From the sequence record SRR31156797_608: 59,943 nt of DNA. One strand, 5' to 3'. This document shows positions 28,545 to 37,478 of the stretch, in pieces (position 1 is the first letter of the stretch; every line of letters starts with the position of its first letter). The notes beneath the pieces were generated by a model, which worked only from the letters and a program-made list of their open reading frames with translations, had not been told where the DNA came from and ran no database searches. Both the position numbers and the translations under genes were made by a program.

Positions 28545-29717
28545 ATGCTAAATATTGCTCTATTTGGACCTCCGGGAGCTGGTAAAGGAACTCAATCAGC
28601 CCGATTAGTAGAAAAGTACAATCTGACTTATATATCAACCGGAGATATTCTCCGAGAAGAAATTAAAGCCGGTACTGTGCTTGGAATGAAGGCTAAAGAT
28701 GTTATTGAGAAAGGTGGTTTAGCCTCTGATGAGATTATTGTGCAAATTATTGAGGCTAAGATTAAGAGGAATCCTTATGCGAATGGTTTCTTATTTGATG
28801 GGTTCCCCAGAACCATTGTGCAGGCTTATATTTTAGAGGGTATGTTATTTAAGATGAATACGCGCCTGACATGCATGTTGAGCTTAGAAGTACCTAAAGA
28901 TGAGCTTGTTAGTAGGTTGAGAGAACGTGGGAAAAGTTCAGGTAGAGCTGATGATACTGAAGATGTTATTCAGAATAGATTACGCGAATATGATGAGAAA
29001 ACCTTTCCAGTAGCAAAATTCTACAAGGATAAAGGTATCTATAATGGAATTGATGGGATTGGTTCGTTAGATGATGTATTTGTTAGGTTAGATGCTGCTG
29101 TACAAAAATCATTAGAGGACAGATGGGTTAACCTCATTCTTTTTGGTTATCCTGGTGCAGGTAAAGGTACACAGGCTAAAATGTTGGCCGATAGATATAA
29201 TTTGCATTATATATCCACAGGTAAAATATTAAGACAAGAAATTAAGGATAATACTGATATTGGAAAGCTTGCAAAACCATATATGGAAAAGGGAGCTATT
29301 GTGCCTGATGAATATGCCATTAAACTCATTGAGCGTAAGATGGAGGAGCATAATAAGGCAAACGGCTTTATATTTAAGGGTTTTCCACGCACGATGGTTC
29401 AGGCTTATATTTTAGATGGAATGTTACATAAAGTTGGTTCAACTATTACTTCAGCTTTTGAACTTAAAATAAGTGCTACAGAGGCAGTTAAACGATTAGT
29501 TGATCGAAGTAAAACAGACCAACGTCGGCCATATGATATGGAAATTGAAACCATCATTTCTCGCTTAGAGGAATATGAAAAACGTACTTTAATGGCCAAA
29601 GATTTCTATGATAAAAAGCATTTATTGCATGTTGTAGATGGTCAGGGAACTGAAGAGGAAGTATTAAAGAGAATAACTGATAAAATTGATAATACAGTAT
29701 TAAGAAATCCAAGATAA
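28545..29717 (+). CDS. adk: Adenylate kinase with two tandem ADK domains
   Basis: Two P-loops (GPPGAGKGT and GYPGAGKGT), each followed by ISTG.ILR and F.GFPRT. Confidence 0.9.
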   Translation: MLNIALFGPPGAGKGTQSARLVEKYNLTYISTGDILREEIKAGTVLGMKAKDVIEKGGLASDEIIVQIIEAKIKRNPYANGFLFDGFPRTIVQAYILEGMLFKMNTRLTCMLSLEVPKDELVSRLRERGKSSGRADDTEDVIQNRLREYDEKTFPVAKFYKDKGIYNGIDGIGSLDDVFVRLDAAVQKSLEDRWVNLILFGYPGAGKGTQAKMLADRYNLHYISTGKILRQEIKDNTDIGKLAKPYMEKGAIVPDEYAIKLIERKMEEHNKANGFIFKGFPRTMVQAYILDGMLHKVGSTITSAFELKISATEAVKRLVDRSKTDQRRPYDMEIETIISRLEEYEKRTLMAKDFYDKKHLLHVVDGQGTEEEVLKRITDKIDNTVLRNPR

Positions 29718-29740
29718 ATATTAATCGTTGTTAATTCGAG

Positions 29741-29777
29741 AATCCTGACATATTCCGGTAATTTGTCAGGGTTTTTT
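29741..29777 (+). terminator. Intrinsic terminator after adk
   Basis: AATCCTGACA...TGTCAGGGTT followed by a T tract. Confidence 0.8.
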
Positions 29778-29817
29778 ATTTAAATTCAGTTTGCAAATAT
29801 GTTAAATAGCTATAATT

Positions 29818-30249
29818 ATGGGAATTGGATTTTCATTTACATGCAAAGCTTGCAATTATAATAAAGAGATTCAAATTGGAGTTGGACTATTTGTAAATAA
29901 GATGGGACTCAAGGAATACTTAGAATTTAACAATCAATTCAAAACTATACATAAACAAACTAAGGCAAAATTATCCAGGTTTTTATTGGATAAAGACAAC
30001 CGGATAATTGATCCTGAATATCGAGCTTACCAGTGTGATAATTGCCATAAGATTTTTAATAAGATTTATGTAGAAATATTTGAAGAAATAGATGGAAAAA
30101 AAAATCAAATCTACCATAGTGAGTTTAAATGTTGGAAATGCAATTCAAAACTCAGAGAATTAAATGTGGAGGACATGAGTCAAACTTATTGTCCTAAATG
30201 CAGTAAAAATACATTTGAAAAAGATCATGTAATTATTCAATGGGATTAA
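29818..30249 (+). CDS. Hypothetical Zn-ribbon protein (four CxxC motifs)
   Basis: CKAC, CDNC, CWKC and CPKC; ends IIQWD. Confidence 0.75.
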   Translation: MGIGFSFTCKACNYNKEIQIGVGLFVNKMGLKEYLEFNNQFKTIHKQTKAKLSRFLLDKDNRIIDPEYRAYQCDNCHKIFNKIYVEIFEEIDGKKNQIYHSEFKCWKCNSKLRELNVEDMSQTYCPKCSKNTFEKDHVIIQWD

Positions 30250-30267
30250 TTGCGAATTCTAGCTCAA

Positions 30268-30295
30268 TTGTCCTATAATTTATATTATGTTAAAT
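30268..30295 (+). other. dif: dif site (XerC/XerD chromosome dimer resolution site)
   Basis: TTGTCCTATAA-TTTATA-TTATGTTAAAT: 11-6-11 layout, right arm identical to the E. coli XerD arm, left arm ends in the conserved ATAA; intergenic between convergent genes. Confidence 0.85.
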
Positions 30296-30307
30296 AGATG
30301 TATGGGA

Positions 30308-30331
30308 AATAAAGGGAGATTACTCTCCCTT
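30308..30331 (-). terminator. Terminator for the gyrA-TPR transcript
   Basis: AAGGGAGA-TTAC-TCTCCCTT hairpin with an A-rich flank on the left. Confidence 0.6.
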
Positions 30332-30342
30332 CTTACTTTAGT

Positions 30343-31548
30343 CTATTTAAGTAATTCTTCTACTTCTTTAAGGCGTTTCATAAACTGAGCTTGTTTCTCA
30401 GAGTCTTTTACGCTACGTAATTGCATGTAAAGCTTTTTCAAAGTTCCTAAAATATCTTTGGCTTGTGGTTCTAGCTTGTGAGCTTTCTCAAAATACTTAG
30501 ATGCTTGTTCAAATGCTTCTAAAGCTTCTTCATTCAATTTATTATACTTTTCAGTTTCACTCAAGTCCAATTGATTAGCTTTATTCTTAAGCTCTGCTCC
30601 TTTATTAAAGAATAATGTACCTAAATTGAAAAGTACGTCAACGTTATTTGGATCAATAGCGATAGCTTTATCATAAGCTTTTAAAGCTTTTTCTTCCTGG
30701 TCTAACTCAGAATATACATTACCTAAGGCAAAATATAGCGTTACGTTTTCAGGATCTTTTTCAATCGCTTCTTCCATAAAGATTCTTGCGTCATCAAGTT
30801 TTCCTGCCTTGTTATAGTAATCAATGAGTTGCAATCTGATATACTTGTTATCTTGCGTTTTACTCATTCCTTCTTTTAAAATTGCTACGAAGTTCGCAGT
30901 ATCTTCCATTTTTTGGTAATTCGATGCTAATTGCAAATAAACTTTACCAACTTCATAATCAACATCAGTGGCCATTTTGAAGTATTTGTTAGATAACTCC
31001 AAATCTCCAGCCTGTTGAGCCGCAAAACCAGCTAAAAAGTATACACGATTACCTTCCATTTTATAAACCCTTAAACATACCTCTTCAAGGTCAAACGTTT
31101 CCTCCAGTTTTGAAGCTTTAATAAGCATATCAAAATTGTCAAGTGCAATATCAAACTTTTTATTCTGTATTGAATTAACACCATTAATCAGGGCTTGCGA
31201 AAGTGCTGTGTTTAAGTTGTTTAATACATCTTTTTTGTAGCGTCCTTTTTCATCCAATTCTAAAGACTTCATGAATGACATAATAGCCTCGTTAATCGGA
31301 TTTGGATGCAAATCACTAAAAGTAGTATCCTGATAAATTTGCTGATAAATTGTTCCTCTGTAGAACCATGTTTTAGCCTCTCCTGATGTACTTGGATGCT
31401 CTTTTGCTTCATCAATAGCTTTCATGGCCTTACCAAGCTCATTATATTTTGGTTTAGCATAATTGTATGCACTTACAACTTTTGACTTCTGTGCATTTGC
31501 TATACCAAATGAAGCTATTAATATTGCTACGAAAATTAATTTTTTCAT
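30343..31548 (-). CDS. Exported tetratricopeptide repeat protein
   Basis: Signal peptide, AKTWFYRG, multiple TPR units; downstream of gyrA. Confidence 0.85.
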   Translation of the reverse strand: MKKLIFVAILIASFGIANAQKSKVVSAYNYAKPKYNELGKAMKAIDEAKEHPSTSGEAKTWFYRGTIYQQIYQDTTFSDLHPNPINEAIMSFMKSLELDEKGRYKKDVLNNLNTALSQALINGVNSIQNKKFDIALDNFDMLIKASKLEETFDLEEVCLRVYKMEGNRVYFLAGFAAQQAGDLELSNKYFKMATDVDYEVGKVYLQLASNYQKMEDTANFVAILKEGMSKTQDNKYIRLQLIDYYNKAGKLDDARIFMEEAIEKDPENVTLYFALGNVYSELDQEEKALKAYDKAIAIDPNNVDVLFNLGTLFFNKGAELKNKANQLDLSETEKYNKLNEEALEAFEQASKYFEKAHKLEPQAKDILGTLKKLYMQLRSVKDSEKQAQFMKRLKEVEELLK

Positions 31549-31614
31549 GTCTATATTCTTTTGATTATTTCACTTCAAAATTAAATGATTTATTAATAAT
31601 TAACAATATTTTAA

Positions 31615-34119
31615 CTATTCTTCTGATGATTCTTCAGTTTCAGTTGTATTTTCTCCTTCTATTTGCTCTTCATCTTCATCACCATTGCTTTCTGCATAAG
31701 CGATAGCAGCAATCTGGTCATCTTGTTTGAGATTTATTAACTTCACTCCTTGAGTTGCTCTACCTAAAACACGCATTTGTGCAACGGATAACCTAATAGT
31801 TAAACCTTTACGTGTGATAATCATGATATCATCACTGTCTGTCACACCTTTAAGTGCAATCAATTTACCAGTTTTCTCAGTGATGTTAATGGTTTTTACT
31901 CCTTTTCCACCACGACGAATAATTCGGTAATCCTGAATCAAAGAACGTTTACCATAGCCGTTTTCTGAAACAACCAGGATGTCTTCTGATTCATTTTCTA
32001 CAGTAATCATGCCAATAACCTCGTCATCTTCTGAAATTGAGATACCACGCACTCCAGCAGCGTTTCTACCAACTGTACGTACATCTTTTTCAGGGAAACG
32101 GATTGCTTTACCAGACTTCACTCCCATTAAAATATCATGAGTTCCGTTGGTCATTTTTGCTTCAAGCAATTCATCTCCTTCTCTAATGTTTACAGCAACA
32201 ATACCATTGGTACGTGGTCGAGAATAAGCTTCCAGTAATGTCTTCTTAACCACACCTTTTTTAGTGGCTAAAATTATATTATGGTTGTTTATGTATTCCT
32301 CGTCTTTAAGGTCTTTTACATTTATATATGCTTTTACTTTATCGTCAGGCTCAATATTGAGCATATTCTGAATAGCTCTTCCTTTTGAAGTTCTTGTTCC
32401 TTCAGGAATTTCATAAACTTTGAGCCAGAAAACCTTACCTTTTTCAGTAAAGAAAAGCATGGTATTGTGCATTGAAGCTACGTACATATGTTCTACAAAA
32501 TCAGCATCTCGAGTTGTAGAACCTTTTGCGCCGGTACCACCACGGCCCTGGGTTTTAAATTCAGTAAGTACAGTACGTTTAATATATCCCATGTGAGATA
32601 TCGTAATTACAACATCTTCATCAGCGTAGAAATCTTCTGGATTAAATTCTTCTGCATCCATTACAATTTCTGTATTACGCTCATCACCGTATTGTTCTTT
32701 TACTTCTATTAACTCGTCTTTTACAATACGCATTCTGATTGCACGATCTCCTAGTACTTCTTTATACCATTTAATCTTTTCTAACAGTTCATTGTATTCT
32801 TCACGCAATTTATCCTGCTCCAGTCCTGTTAATTGACCTAAACGCATGTCAACAATTGCTTTTGATTGAACTTCAGATAGTTCAAAGCGTTCCATCAATT
32901 TATTTCTGGCCTCTTCGCGATTTGATGATGCACGAATAAGTTTTACAACTTCATCGATATTGTCACTGGCAATGATTAATCCCTCTAAAATATGGGCTCT
33001 TTTCTCTGCCTGTTCTAATTCATATTGCGTTCTTCTGGTAACTACTTCATGACGATGTTCAATAAATTCATGAATAATTTCTTTCAGATTAAGCAATTTT
33101 GGGCGACCATTAACTAATGCAATGCTATTTACACTAAATGTTGATTGAAGTTGTGTGTATTTGTATAGTTTATTTAAAACAACATTAGCGATTTCATCAC
33201 GCTTAATGTCATAAACGATACGCATTCCATTCCGACCTGATTCATCATTAACATTTGAAATACCTTCTATTTTTTTATCGTTGACTAATTCAGCTGTTTT
33301 AATAATCATTTCAGCTTTATTAACCATATATGGTATTTCAGTTACGATAATTTTTTCACGGCCGTTAGCATCTGTTTCAATTTCTGCCTTGGCGCGCATT
33401 ACTACACGTCCTTTACCTGTTCTATAGGCCTCTTTTACACCTGAATAACCGTAAATAATACCTCCTGTTGGAAAATCAGGAGCTTTGATAATGTTGATCA
33501 TTTCTTCAATATCAATCTCAGGGTTATCCACATAAGCAATACAAGTATCCACTACGTTATTAAGGTTATGTGGTGGAATATTTGTTGCCATACCAACTGC
33601 AATACCAGATGCACCATTAACCAGCAAAGTTGGCAGTTTAGTCGGTAATACTGTCGGTTCTTTTAATGTGTCATCAAAATTTAATTGAAAATCGACAGTG
33701 TTTTTATCAATATCTGCTAGTGTTAGATCAGATATTTTTCCAAGTCGAGCTTCTGTATAACGCATAGCAGCTGGGCTATCCCCGTCAACGGACCCAAAGT
33801 TCCCCTGTCCATCAACAAGTCTGTACCTCATTGACCAGGGTTGTGCCATACGCACCATTGCCATGTATACAGATGAATCACCGTGCGGGTGATATTTACC
33901 GAGCACCTCTCCTACAATACGTGCCGACTTTTTGTAAGATTTATTATAACTTACGCCCAATTCATGCATCCCAAATAATACACGTCTGTGTACTGGTTTT
34001 AAACCGTCTCTTACGTCCGGTAATGCGCGGGCTACGATAACCGACATTGAATAATCAATGTAGGCGGATTTCATCTCTTCTTCGATGTTAATCTTTTGAA
34101 TTTTCTCTCCTTCAGCCAT
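31615..34119 (-). CDS. gyrA: DNA gyrase subunit A (start reassigned to ATG at 34119)
   Basis: [29 protein letters not shown] (catalytic Tyr), GyrA box QGRGGTG, pinwheel repeats, acidic tail. Confidence 0.98.
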   Translation of the reverse strand: MAEGEKIQKINIEEEMKSAYIDYSMSVIVARALPDVRDGLKPVHRRVLFGMHELGVSYNKSYKKSARIVGEVLGKYHPHGDSSVYMAMVRMAQPWSMRYRLVDGQGNFGSVDGDSPAAMRYTEARLGKISDLTLADIDKNTVDFQLNFDDTLKEPTVLPTKLPTLLVNGASGIAVGMATNIPPHNLNNVVDTCIAYVDNPEIDIEEMINIIKAPDFPTGGIIYGYSGVKEAYRTGKGRVVMRAKAEIETDANGREKIIVTEIPYMVNKAEMIIKTAELVNDKKIEGISNVNDESGRNGMRIVYDIKRDEIANVVLNKLYKYTQLQSTFSVNSIALVNGRPKLLNLKEIIHEFIEHRHEVVTRRTQYELEQAEKRAHILEGLIIASDNIDEVVKLIRASSNREEARNKLMERFELSEVQSKAIVDMRLGQLTGLEQDKLREEYNELLEKIKWYKEVLGDRAIRMRIVKDELIEVKEQYGDERNTEIVMDAEEFNPEDFYADEDVVITISHMGYIKRTVLTEFKTQGRGGTGAKGSTTRDADFVEHMYVASMHNTMLFFTEKGKVFWLKVYEIPEGTRTSKGRAIQNMLNIEPDDKVKAYINVKDLKDEEYINNHNIILATKKGVVKKTLLEAYSRPRTNGIVAVNIREGDELLEAKMTNGTHDILMGVKSGKAIRFPEKDVRTVGRNAAGVRGISISEDDEVIGMITVENESEDILVVSENGYGKRSLIQDYRIIRRGGKGVKTINITEKTGKLIALKGVTDSDDIMIITRKGLTIRLSVAQMRVLGRATQGVKLINLKQDDQIAAIAYAESNGDEDEEQIEGENTTETEESSEE

Positions 34120-34282
34120 TCCTTTACTGTTTTGAAAATTAGCAACCAAAAATACAAATAATGCCCTTATTTCCTACATAAAATGAGCTAACTTTATCAA
34201 CAAGTAGTTGTTTATAAAATATGGTCTGTTTTTTGAAACAAGAGTATTAAATTTACATATTGAATTGAAAAGCGAAAAGCAC

Positions 34283-36805
34283 ATGAATGCACAATTTTCA
34301 GAAAGATTAAACGAAGTATTATCATACAGCAGAGAAGAGGCAATAAGACTTGGAAATGAGTCAATTAGCATTGAACATTTGTTCCTTGGTTTATTGCGCG
34401 AAGGAGAAGGTCCTGCCATTGATGTTCTAATTTCAATGGGTGTAAAGTTACTTGATATTAGGCAATCAATTGAAGAACAAATACGTCAGGATAGTATCAC
34501 AGATGTGACAAAAAAGGATACTTTACCTCTACTCCGCCCTACAGAAAGGGTATTAAAGTTAATCTATCTTGAAGCCAGATCACTTCATAGCGATGAAGTG
34601 GATACGCATCACCTCATGATGGCAATTTTAAAAGAAGAAAATTCTTTAACAGCCATGACATTAAGAGAATTGCGTGTGGATTATGATCGTTTCAAGGAGA
34701 ATTATCTAAAATATAGCCCACAGGCTAGAGATGACTCTGGCTATGGAGATGAAGATATGGATGAACCAGGTGATTTTCAATCATCAACTCCAAAATCAGA
34801 TTCAGATACACCAGTTTTAGACAATTTCGGAGTAGATTTAACTAAAGCTGCTGAGGAAAAACGCCTTGATCCAATAGTAGGACGCGAGGTTGAAATAGAA
34901 CGATTGGCCCAAATTTTAAGTCGTCGTAAAAAGAATAATCCTGTACTTATTGGTGAACCCGGAGTTGGTAAATCAGCAATTGTAGAAGGTATGGCAGCTA
35001 GAATTGTAAAGCGTCAGGTTTCAAGGGTATTGTTTGATAAACGAATTATGACACTTGATTTAGCTTCAATTGTAGCCGGAACAAAATATCGTGGACAATT
35101 TGAAGAGAGAATTAAAGCTATATTAAATGAGTTGTCGAAAAATGACAATATCATTCTATTTATCGACGAAATTCATACCATTGTTGGTGCAGGTGGTGCT
35201 ACTGGATCGCTTGATGCAGCAAATATGCTAAAACCTGCCTTAGCGCGTGGTGAAATACAATGTATTGGTGCTACAACGCTAGATGAATACCGTCAGCACA
35301 TTGAAAAAGATGGTGCCCTTGAGAGACGTTTCCAAAAAGTAATGGTTGAGGCCACCACCCCTGAAGAAACAAAAGAAATTCTTCATCGAATAAAAGATCG
35401 TTATGAAGAACATCATAATGTAAACTATACTGATGAAGCTCTAGACGCCTGTATTAAGCTGTCTATGCGTTATGTTTCAGATAGGTATTTACCAGATAAA
35501 GCAATTGATGCGCTTGATGAAAGTGGTTCAAGAGTTCATATTTCCAATATTAATGTACCAGATAAAATAGTAGAGCTTGAGAAAGAAATTGAGCAAATTC
35601 ATGAGGAGAAAATTAAAAAGGTACACGAGCAAAATTTTGAGCAGGCAGCAAGCTTGAGAGACACAGAACGTAAAAAAACTGAAGAGCTTGAACAGGAAAA
35701 GGAAAAGTGGGAAAATGAACTAGTTAAACATCGTGAAACAGTAACTGAGGAAAATGTAGCTGAAGTTATTGCCATGATGACAGGTGTGCCTGTAAAACGC
35801 ATTGCACAAACTGAAGGTACTCGTCTATTGAAAATGGGTGAAGAACTTCAGCTTAACGTAATTGGTCAAGATCAAGCTATTGCTAAGATTGTTAAAGCTA
35901 TTCAGCGCAACAGAGCTGGTCTAAAAGATCCGAACAAACCAATCGGTACTTTCATATTCCTTGGTCCTACCGGAGTTGGAAAAACACAATTGGCAAAAGT
36001 ACTGGCTGAATACTTATTTGACTCACAAGATGCCTTGTTACGTGTTGATATGAGTGAATTTATGGAGAAATTTGCAGTTTCCAGATTAGTTGGAGCTCCT
36101 CCAGGATATGTTGGATACGAAGAAGGCGGTCAACTAACTGAAAAAGTTCGTCGCAAACCTTATTCTGTAGTATTATTAGATGAAATTGAAAAGGCTCACC
36201 CTGATGTATTTCATATTCTTTTACAAGTATTGGATGAAGGCCGCCTAACAGATAGTTTTGGTCGCAGAGTAGATTTCCGGAATACCATTATTATAATGAC
36301 ATCAAATATTGGTTCAAGAGAACTGAGAGAGTTCGGTAAAGGTGTTGGATTTGCGACTTCTGCAAAAATTCAGGGTGCTGATGATTATTCAAAAAGTATT
36401 ATTCATAAAGCACTAAAAAATGCCTTTGCTCCTGAATTTATCAATCGCCTCGATGATGTAATTATGTTCAATTCCTTAGATAAGGAAGCCATTAATAAAA
36501 TCATTGATATTGAATTGAAAGGATTATTCCAGCGCACTGAAGAACTTGGTTATAAATTAGATCTTTCAGCACCAGCTAAAGAGTTTATTGCAGACAAAGG
36601 TTTTGATGCGCAATATGGTGCAAGGCCATTGAAAAGAGCCATTCAAAAATATCTGGAAGATGAAATGGCCGAATTGATTTTAAAATCAGATTTAAAAGAA
36701 GGCGATACAATTAAGGCTGTATTGAATAAAAAAGATGTTAAAATTGATTTTAAGGTACAGAAGAAAGAATCAGCTGAAAAAGAAGAAGATAATAAAGAGA
36801 AATAG
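34283..36805 (+). CDS. clpC: ATP-dependent Clp protease ATP-binding subunit ClpC (start ATG 34283)
   Basis: Clp-N repeats, two AAA+ modules ([16 protein letters not shown]), UVR-type middle domain, VGF ClpP-docking loop. Confidence 0.93.
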   Translation: MNAQFSERLNEVLSYSREEAIRLGNESISIEHLFLGLLREGEGPAIDVLISMGVKLLDIRQSIEEQIRQDSITDVTKKDTLPLLRPTERVLKLIYLEARSLHSDEVDTHHLMMAILKEENSLTAMTLRELRVDYDRFKENYLKYSPQARDDSGYGDEDMDEPGDFQSSTPKSDSDTPVLDNFGVDLTKAAEEKRLDPIVGREVEIERLAQILSRRKKNNPVLIGEPGVGKSAIVEGMAARIVKRQVSRVLFDKRIMTLDLASIVAGTKYRGQFEERIKAILNELSKNDNIILFIDEIHTIVGAGGATGSLDAANMLKPALARGEIQCIGATTLDEYRQHIEKDGALERRFQKVMVEATTPEETKEILHRIKDRYEEHHNVNYTDEALDACIKLSMRYVSDRYLPDKAIDALDESGSRVHISNINVPDKIVELEKEIEQIHEEKIKKVHEQNFEQAASLRDTERKKTEELEQEKEKWENELVKHRETVTEENVAEVIAMMTGVPVKRIAQTEGTRLLKMGEELQLNVIGQDQAIAKIVKAIQRNRAGLKDPNKPIGTFIFLGPTGVGKTQLAKVLAEYLFDSQDALLRVDMSEFMEKFAVSRLVGAPPGYVGYEEGGQLTEKVRRKPYSVVLLDEIEKAHPDVFHILLQVLDEGRLTDSFGRRVDFRNTIIIMTSNIGSRELREFGKGVGFATSAKIQGADDYSKSIIHKALKNAFAPEFINRLDDVIMFNSLDKEAINKIIDIELKGLFQRTEELGYKLDLSAPAKEFIADKGFDAQYGARPLKRAIQKYLEDEMAELILKSDLKEGDTIKAVLNKKDVKIDFKVQKKESAEKEEDNKEK

Positions 36806-36826
36806 ATATAAATCTATGATTGTAAG

Positions 36827-36858
36827 AAAAGCCGACTTAAATTTGTCGGCTTTTTTTT
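36827..36858 (+). terminator. Intrinsic terminator after clpC
   Basis: AAAAGCCGAC...GTCGGCTTTT with T8 tract. Confidence 0.85.
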
Positions 36859-36917
36859 ATTTTGGTAGAACAAATCGGTCAATCCATTGTATAGTCTAAT
36901 AAATAAAAACTTGAAAT

Positions 36918-37427
36918 ATGGAATTTAATAATGTAAAATTTTCATTTGGACCATTGAATACTACTTTGGCCGGTAAAGAAGTAAAAGTTGGAGATAAAGC
37001 TCCCGAATTTACTGTAATTAATAATGACTTACAACCAGTGAAATTAAGTGACTATGCTGGTAAAAAGAGGATTATATCAGTATTCCCTTCTGTTGATACA
37101 CCAGTATGTGCAGCACAAAACCGTAATTTTAATAAGTTGCTTAGCGAATTAGATAATACTGTTGTGCTTTCTATTTCAAATGATTTACCATTTGCACAAA
37201 AGCGTTTTTGTGGTGCAGAAGGAATCGATAAAGTAATCACACTATCAGATCATAAAGACCTTGATTTTGGTTCAAAATATGGTTTTGTAATCAACGAAGT
37301 TCGATTATTAGCCAGAGGTGTTGTGGTTATTGATGAAAACGATGAAGTAAAATACGTTGAGTATGTGCCAAGTGCCGGTGAAGAGCCCAATTATGAGAAA
37401 GCTTTAGAAGTGGCAAAATCAATATAA
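36918..37427 (+). CDS. tpx: Thiol peroxidase (atypical 2-Cys peroxiredoxin)
   Basis: PSVDTPVC and DLPFAQKRFCGAEG motifs. Confidence 0.95.
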   Translation: MEFNNVKFSFGPLNTTLAGKEVKVGDKAPEFTVINNDLQPVKLSDYAGKKRIISVFPSVDTPVCAAQNRNFNKLLSELDNTVVLSISNDLPFAQKRFCGAEGIDKVITLSDHKDLDFGSKYGFVINEVRLLARGVVVIDENDEVKYVEYVPSAGEEPNYEKALEVAKSI

Positions 37428-37442
37428 GAGACATAATTAGTT

Positions 37443-37474
37443 AAAAAAGAAGCGGCTTTCGGGCCGCTTTTTTT
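37443..37474. terminator. Bidirectional intrinsic terminator
   Basis: A tract, AAGCGGC/GCCGCTT stem, T tract; lies between convergent genes. Confidence 0.85.
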
Positions 37475-37478
37475 ATAG

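Noticed and set aside
28545-29717. Double adk as a mis-assembly or read-through of two genes
   Set aside because: The two halves are clearly diverged in DNA and protein, and the frame is continuous with no internal stop
26982-30249. XRE regulator plus Zn-ribbon gene as a prophage or defence island
   Set aside because: No integrase, phage or defence genes were recognised, and the intervening genes (pyrD, adk) are core metabolism
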